21,079 nt of DNA, from assembly GCA_000388065.2 (NCBI GenBank), contig KB932202.1. One strand, written 5' to 3'. Shown one piece after another: positions 18,607 to 21,079 of the stretch; positions within the stretch are counted from its first letter, which is position 1; every line of letters starts with the position of its first letter. This DNA comes from Fonticula alba ATCC 38817 (Eukaryota; Protista; Nucleariida). The notes beneath the pieces are model-generated. The model was not told the origin of the DNA and did no database searches. It saw only the letters and a program-made list of their open reading frames with translations. A program made the translations under genes and the position numbers.

Positions 18607-19761
18607 GCACATCCGCGGCAGGAGGAAGAGGGCCCGCCATCGGGCCTTTCGCTTTCTAACACGCACACACACACACACACACACGCAGGGCCTCTTCCTG
18701 CAGGTGCCGGAGACGGTCCCCTTCCGCCTGACTCGGGCTCTTCTCGACGCGCTGGGGGTCATTTCACTGGGGCCGCTGGACCGGCGGGCTCTCGACAGCA
18801 CCCAGGCGCGCCGGCAATCGGCCAGTGCCCTGCTGGCCCGTGGCAAGTCCATCACCCGATCCGTGTCGGGCGGCTCCGGCGCCGGGCCCCTGGCCCCCGT
18901 GGCCACCGGGCTGCTGTACTCCGACGAGGAGGAGGACCTGCTGCTGGGCCCCCCGGTCGGGGGGTCCGGCGGGTCGTCCGACCTCGGCGGATCGATCGTC
19001 ATCGCCGATGGCCCGGCCGGCCGGTCGGTCCTGCGTGCGGCGCCCGGGCCCGGGGCCACCAGCCCGGCCGCCACCGTCAAGCCCCTGGGCCCTGCGCGGG
19101 TGGAAGCCCTGGAGGACGCCATCCTGGCCACCAACGTGGCGGCCAGCCACTTTGGCCGGGTGTGTGCCACGGTGCTGGGGGTCCTGCGCCAGCAGGCGCA
19201 CATGCTGGATGGTGTGCTGGAAATCGTGTGCCCGGATGTGCTGGAGGTGCGTGGCCATGGTTCCGGCTGCGCCGCCGTCTTTGCCCGTGGCCCTGCGGGC
19301 ATTTGCCCCGCCGCTGACACTCCTTTGCTCTTGTTCTGCTTCGCCCATCCCCCCCCCTTCCCCCGGGCGCCGCTGCCCCGCGTGCCTTGCTGCTCTTGGC
19401 GACATCTGCCGTGGCGGATGGGCCGGGCGGGCTTCTTCGGCCGCAGCCCAATGAGCTCAGCATGCCGCTGCTGCACACGGTCCTCGGGCGCATCCGCGTC
19501 AAGCTGGCCGGCCGGCTGGCCTGCATGCGGGTGTCCCAGCGCGCGGACCAGGGCGGCACTCGCCTCGACGAGAGCCTCAACCCCCTGCGGAGCATCGACC
19601 GGCAGGCGGCGCGCTTCGATGCGGAGCGCCGCGCGGCCGCTCGGCGCTTCGAGCTCCCGGAGGAGCTGGCCGTCGAGCAGCAGGTGTACGAGCTCCTGTC
19701 CGAGGCCACGGCCCGGGCCAATCTCCGGCTCATGTTCTATGGCTGGCGCTCGTACCTGTGA
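1971..19761 (+). CDS. ATR: Serine/threonine PIKK kinase ATR/Mec1/Rad3 orthologue, about 4,936 aa; exons 1971-2298, 2412-2486, 2641-3039, 3186-3295, 4197-15217, 15331-16012, 16729-17344, 17443-17897, 18091-18254, 18409-18496, 18689-19246, 19447-19761
   Basis: All junctions are GT-AG and phase-compatible; exons sum to 14,811 nt (4,937 codons including TGA). ATR-type motifs: LWRRFP (11607), [14 protein letters not shown]-like [20 protein letters not shown], kinase SLQRP / LIK..VRRD / FHRWF / [48 protein letters not shown], and [31 protein letters not shown] and the FATC pattern favour ATR over ATM, TOR or DNA-PK. Confidence 0.92.
3378..4170. other. Assembly gap (793 N) in ATR intron 4
   Basis: Run of N, right flank poly-C. 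Confidence 0.99.
4197..15217 (+). CDS. ATR: Giant 11,021-nt ATR exon (HEAT repeats, UME, start of TPR/FAT region)
   Basis: TAG acceptor 4194-4196, uninterrupted frame (ORF 4209-15713), GTGCGT donor at 15218 followed by a poly-C intron. ATR-like blocks separated by Ala/Gly/Pro linkers: [57 protein letters not shown]. Confidence 0.85.
7482..7508 (+). repeat. (GCC)9 coding poly-Ala
   Basis: In-frame AAAAAAAAA within a Ser/Ala linker. Confidence 0.95.
9408..9803 (+). other. UME-like domain of ATR
   Basis: [50 protein letters not shown] parallels human ATR YLQPKLLGILAFF..KKMALNSLMSLMKLM..VRVKMMTTLRTGL..RAWDCFVRCL (comparison from memory). Confidence 0.6.
11718..11750 (+). repeat. (CAGCCGACG)3+CAGCCG coding [11 protein letters not shown]
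   Basis: Perfect 9-nt tandem unit. Confidence 0.95.
12294..12335 (+). repeat. (CAC)6(CAG)8 coding poly-His/poly-Gln
   Basis: Directly visible, in the ATR frame. Confidence 0.95.
15245..15254. other. Assembly gap (10 N) in ATR intron 5
   Basis: Run of N next to poly-C. Confidence 0.99.
15331..17344 (+). CDS. ATR: ATR exons 6-7 (15331-16012, 16729-17344): C-terminal FAT region
   Basis: [26 protein letters not shown], then SLSE|[27 protein letters not shown], which parallel ATR HFYLAKYYD, RSLQYG..MPRMLTLWL and FLTAFSQLI..IIAKVFLAYPQQAMWMM. Acceptors CAG 15330 and TAG 16728; donors GTGCGT 16013 and 17345. Confidence 0.85.
16063..16597. other. Assembly gap (535 N) in ATR intron 6
   Basis: Run of N with poly-C on both flanks. 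Confidence 0.99.
17443..19246 (+). CDS. ATR: ATR PI3K/PI4K-like kinase domain exons 8-11 (17443-17897, 18091-18254, 18409-18496, 18689-19246)
   Basis: P-loop SLQRP, catalytic Lys (17538-17540), RRD Asp (17565-17567), hinge FEWI, catalytic loop GLGDRHLDN, metal-binding DFN and PFRLT are all present in the spliced frame. Confidence 0.95.
18541..18684 (+). repeat. Two compound (CA)n tracts in ATR intron 10 (18541-18611 and 18661-18684)
   Basis: CGCGCACACACA x3 grading into (CA)16, then a second CA tract after the TCTAAC branch-like site (18655-18660). Confidence 0.93.
19447..19761 (+). CDS. ATR: ATR last exon: PIKK regulatory region and FATC (19666-19758)
   Basis: CAG 19446 is the only AG in the intron. 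[34 protein letters not shown] matches FATC [31 protein letters not shown]. Confidence 0.93.
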   Translation, partial: PNELSMPLLHTVLGRIRVKLAGRLACMRVSQRADQGGTRLDESLNPLRSIDRQAARFDAERRAAARRFELPEELAVEQQVYELLSEATARANLRLMFYGWRSYL

Positions 19762-19793
19762 GGGGCCGGGCCCCTCCGCTTGCCCGGCTGCCC

Positions 19794-19803
19794 TGTGCCA
19801 ATA
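19794..19803 (+). promoter_or_regulatory. TGTGCCAATA, candidate 3'-UTR / 3'-end processing element of ATR
   Basis: 32 nt after the ATR stop; identical 10-mer on the opposite strand after the HemK stop; includes the AATACA poly(A)-signal variant (19800-19805). Function is inferred. Confidence 0.4.
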
Positions 19804-19864
19804 CACCCCTGCTTCTCTGGGCGTCTCGCGTGTGACTGGCGGCACCGGCTGTGGGGATCTGTGC

Positions 19865-19866
<2 letters not shown>

Positions 19867-19924
<58 letters not shown>

Positions 19925-19950
19925 GTGTGTGTCCGTGTGTGTCCGTGTGC
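19867..19950 (+). repeat. (GT)28 microsatellite plus three GTCCGTGTGT-type units between the convergent ATR and HemK stops
   Basis: Directly visible. Confidence 0.95.
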
Positions 19951-20091
19951 GGCCGGAAAAGAAAAAAAGAAACACGCATACAAGCACGAGCCCATAGCCC
20001 CCCCCCTGCCCCCCCTGCCCCCCACACAGCCACGGGAGGCACCTTGCCGCGTGGGGAAATCAACACACAGCACATGCATGGCACGGGCATC

Positions 20092-20101
20092 TATTGGCAC
20101 A
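20092..20101 (-). promoter_or_regulatory. TGTGCCAATA, candidate 3'-UTR / 3'-end processing element of HemK
   Basis: TATTGGCACA on +, 26 nt after the HemK stop on the minus strand. Function is inferred. Confidence 0.4.
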
Positions 20102-20127
20102 TTTCCCCCCGCCCATACGCGCGGCAC

Positions 20128-21012
20128 TCAGGGCCGGCGTCGGTAGAGGGCCACAAGGCGCGGGATGTGACCATAGTCGATGACGATGCCCGGGCCGGCG
20201 GCCGCGACCATGGCCGCCCCGCCGCCGAAGGCCCCGGCCCCGGCCAGCATGCCGACCCCGGGGACCGGGGCCAGGCTCGGATCGGCCGCGAGCAGGATGT
20301 CCCGCGCGGTGGCGGCCTGGCCCTCGCCGATCTCCAGCAGCAGGACCCCGGCCCCGGCGCGGTGGATGTCCGCCAGCGTGGCCGCCGGAGGGAGGGCCCT
20401 GCGCGGAGGGGCCAGCCACCGGCCCGGCCGCGCGGCCGCAATGCGCCGGACCGCATCCAGGCCATCATCGTCATGGGCATCGTTCTCCGCCGGTGCCTCC
20501 GGCACCGGGGCCGCCCGGCCCGGGAGCGGGTTGGGAAACAGGGCCGACGCCGGCTCATGGCGCCAGACCGATGCCTGCACCCGGCCGGTGGCGATGTCCC
20601 CCGGGGGGATGTACGGCGGGTTGCACAGGAGCAGGTCGTACCCCGGGCTCGGGGGGCTGCCAGCTGGGCCGGCACCCAGGCGAGCCAGCCAATCCGACTG
20701 GAGGAAGGTGCACCGGTGGCCGAGCCCCAGGCGGAAGGCATTTCGCCGGGCCACGGCCAGGGCCCCGGCCGACAGGTCCACCCCCGTGCCGAGGACCGCC
20801 GGGCCCAGGGCATGGGAGGTGTCGGGCCCGGCGGCGTGCGACCCGGCCAGGGCCTCCCGGCGCCGACCGGAGATGGCCCGCTCGGCCTCCAGCATGGTAC
20901 TCAGCAGGAGACAGCCGCTGCCGACGCCGAGCTCGAGCACGCGCGCCGGGCACCGGCGGAAGGCGTCCAGGCGCTCCGGCGCGACGAGCAGCCGCGCGGC
21001 CGCCTCGACAAA
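20128..21012 (-). CDS. HEMK1: HemK/PrmC-family release-factor N5-glutamine methyltransferase (HEMK1/Mtq1 type), terminal exon; 5' exons lie beyond the window
   Basis: SAM motif I VLELGVGSGCL, GVDLSAGALAVARRN, SDW, LLCNPPYI, HEPASALF..DGLDAVRRI, LLEIGEGQ, and C-terminal DYGHIPR; TGA at 20130-20128. On the minus strand a pyrimidine-rich AG-free tract ending in CAG (21015-21013) precedes FVEAAARLL, which fits the (PRPETE)xLVE position. Confidence 0.88.
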   Translation of the reverse strand, partial: FVEAAARLLVAPERLDAFRRCPARVLELGVGSGCLLLSTMLEAERAISGRRREALAGSHAAGPDTSHALGPAVLGTGVDLSAGALAVARRNAFRLGLGHRCTFLQSDWLARLGAGPAGSPPSPGYDLLLCNPPYIPPGDIATGRVQASVWRHEPASALFPNPLPGRAAPVPEAPAENDAHDDDGLDAVRRIAAARPGRWLAPPRRALPPAATLADIHRAGAGVLLLEIGEGQAATARDILLAADPSLAPVPGVGMLAGAGAFGGGAAMVAAAGPGIVIDYGHIPRLVALYRRRP

Positions 21013-21079
21013 CTGGGTGCCGGGACACCGGGTCGAGGCGGGTGCAGGCCGAGACGGCCGGGAGAGGGGGCAAGCAGGG

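Noticed and set aside
17443-19246. Pseudokinase (TRRAP-like) or ATM/TOR/DNA-PK identity
   Set aside because: Catalytic Lys, Asp, DRHxxN and DFN are intact; UME, LWRRFP, DFN and FATC patterns point to ATR; no FRB-like segment was seen.
19794-20101. MITE bounded by 10-bp terminal inverted repeats
   Set aside because: No target-site duplication (flanks CCC and TTT), the interior is simple repeat, and symmetric placement after two stops is better explained by a sense-strand motif.
20128-21012. HemK as a bacterial contaminant or recent transfer
   Set aside because: It has an intron acceptor and the same codon style and insertions as neighbouring genes, and shares their 3' motif.
1-21079. CRISPR array, tRNA/rRNA gene or transposase
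   Set aside because: Only simple-sequence repeats are present; no repeat-spacer structure, cloverleaf, or transposase/RT motif was seen.

Overview
Very GC-rich, intron-containing eukaryotic genomic DNA with three assembly gaps (3378-4170, 15245-15254, 16063-16597). The style (Ala/Gly/Pro-inflated proteins, C-rich and CA-repeat introns, GTGCGY donors) suggests a protist such as a Fonticula-like holomycotan, but that is inference only. Three genes are supported. (1) The 3' part of a compact, divergent SRP68-like gene (+, 104-1088) ending in an FFAT-like acidic motif. (2) A giant ATR/Mec1-type PIKK (+, 1971-19761, 12 visible exons, about 4,936 aa, one 11-kb exon, intact catalytic motifs but several large kinase-domain insertions). 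(3) The 3' exon of a HemK/PrmC (HEMK1-type) glutamine methyltransferase (-, 20128-21012), convergent on ATR. No RNA genes, transposons or CRISPR arrays were seen. The most notable unexplained signal is an identical 10-mer, TGTGCCAATA, about 30 nt after the stop of both ATR and HemK on each gene's sense strand, with its GCCAATA core also downstream of gene 1. This is a candidate lineage-specific 3'-end or PUF-type element. All family comparisons are from memory of reference proteins, not from database searches.
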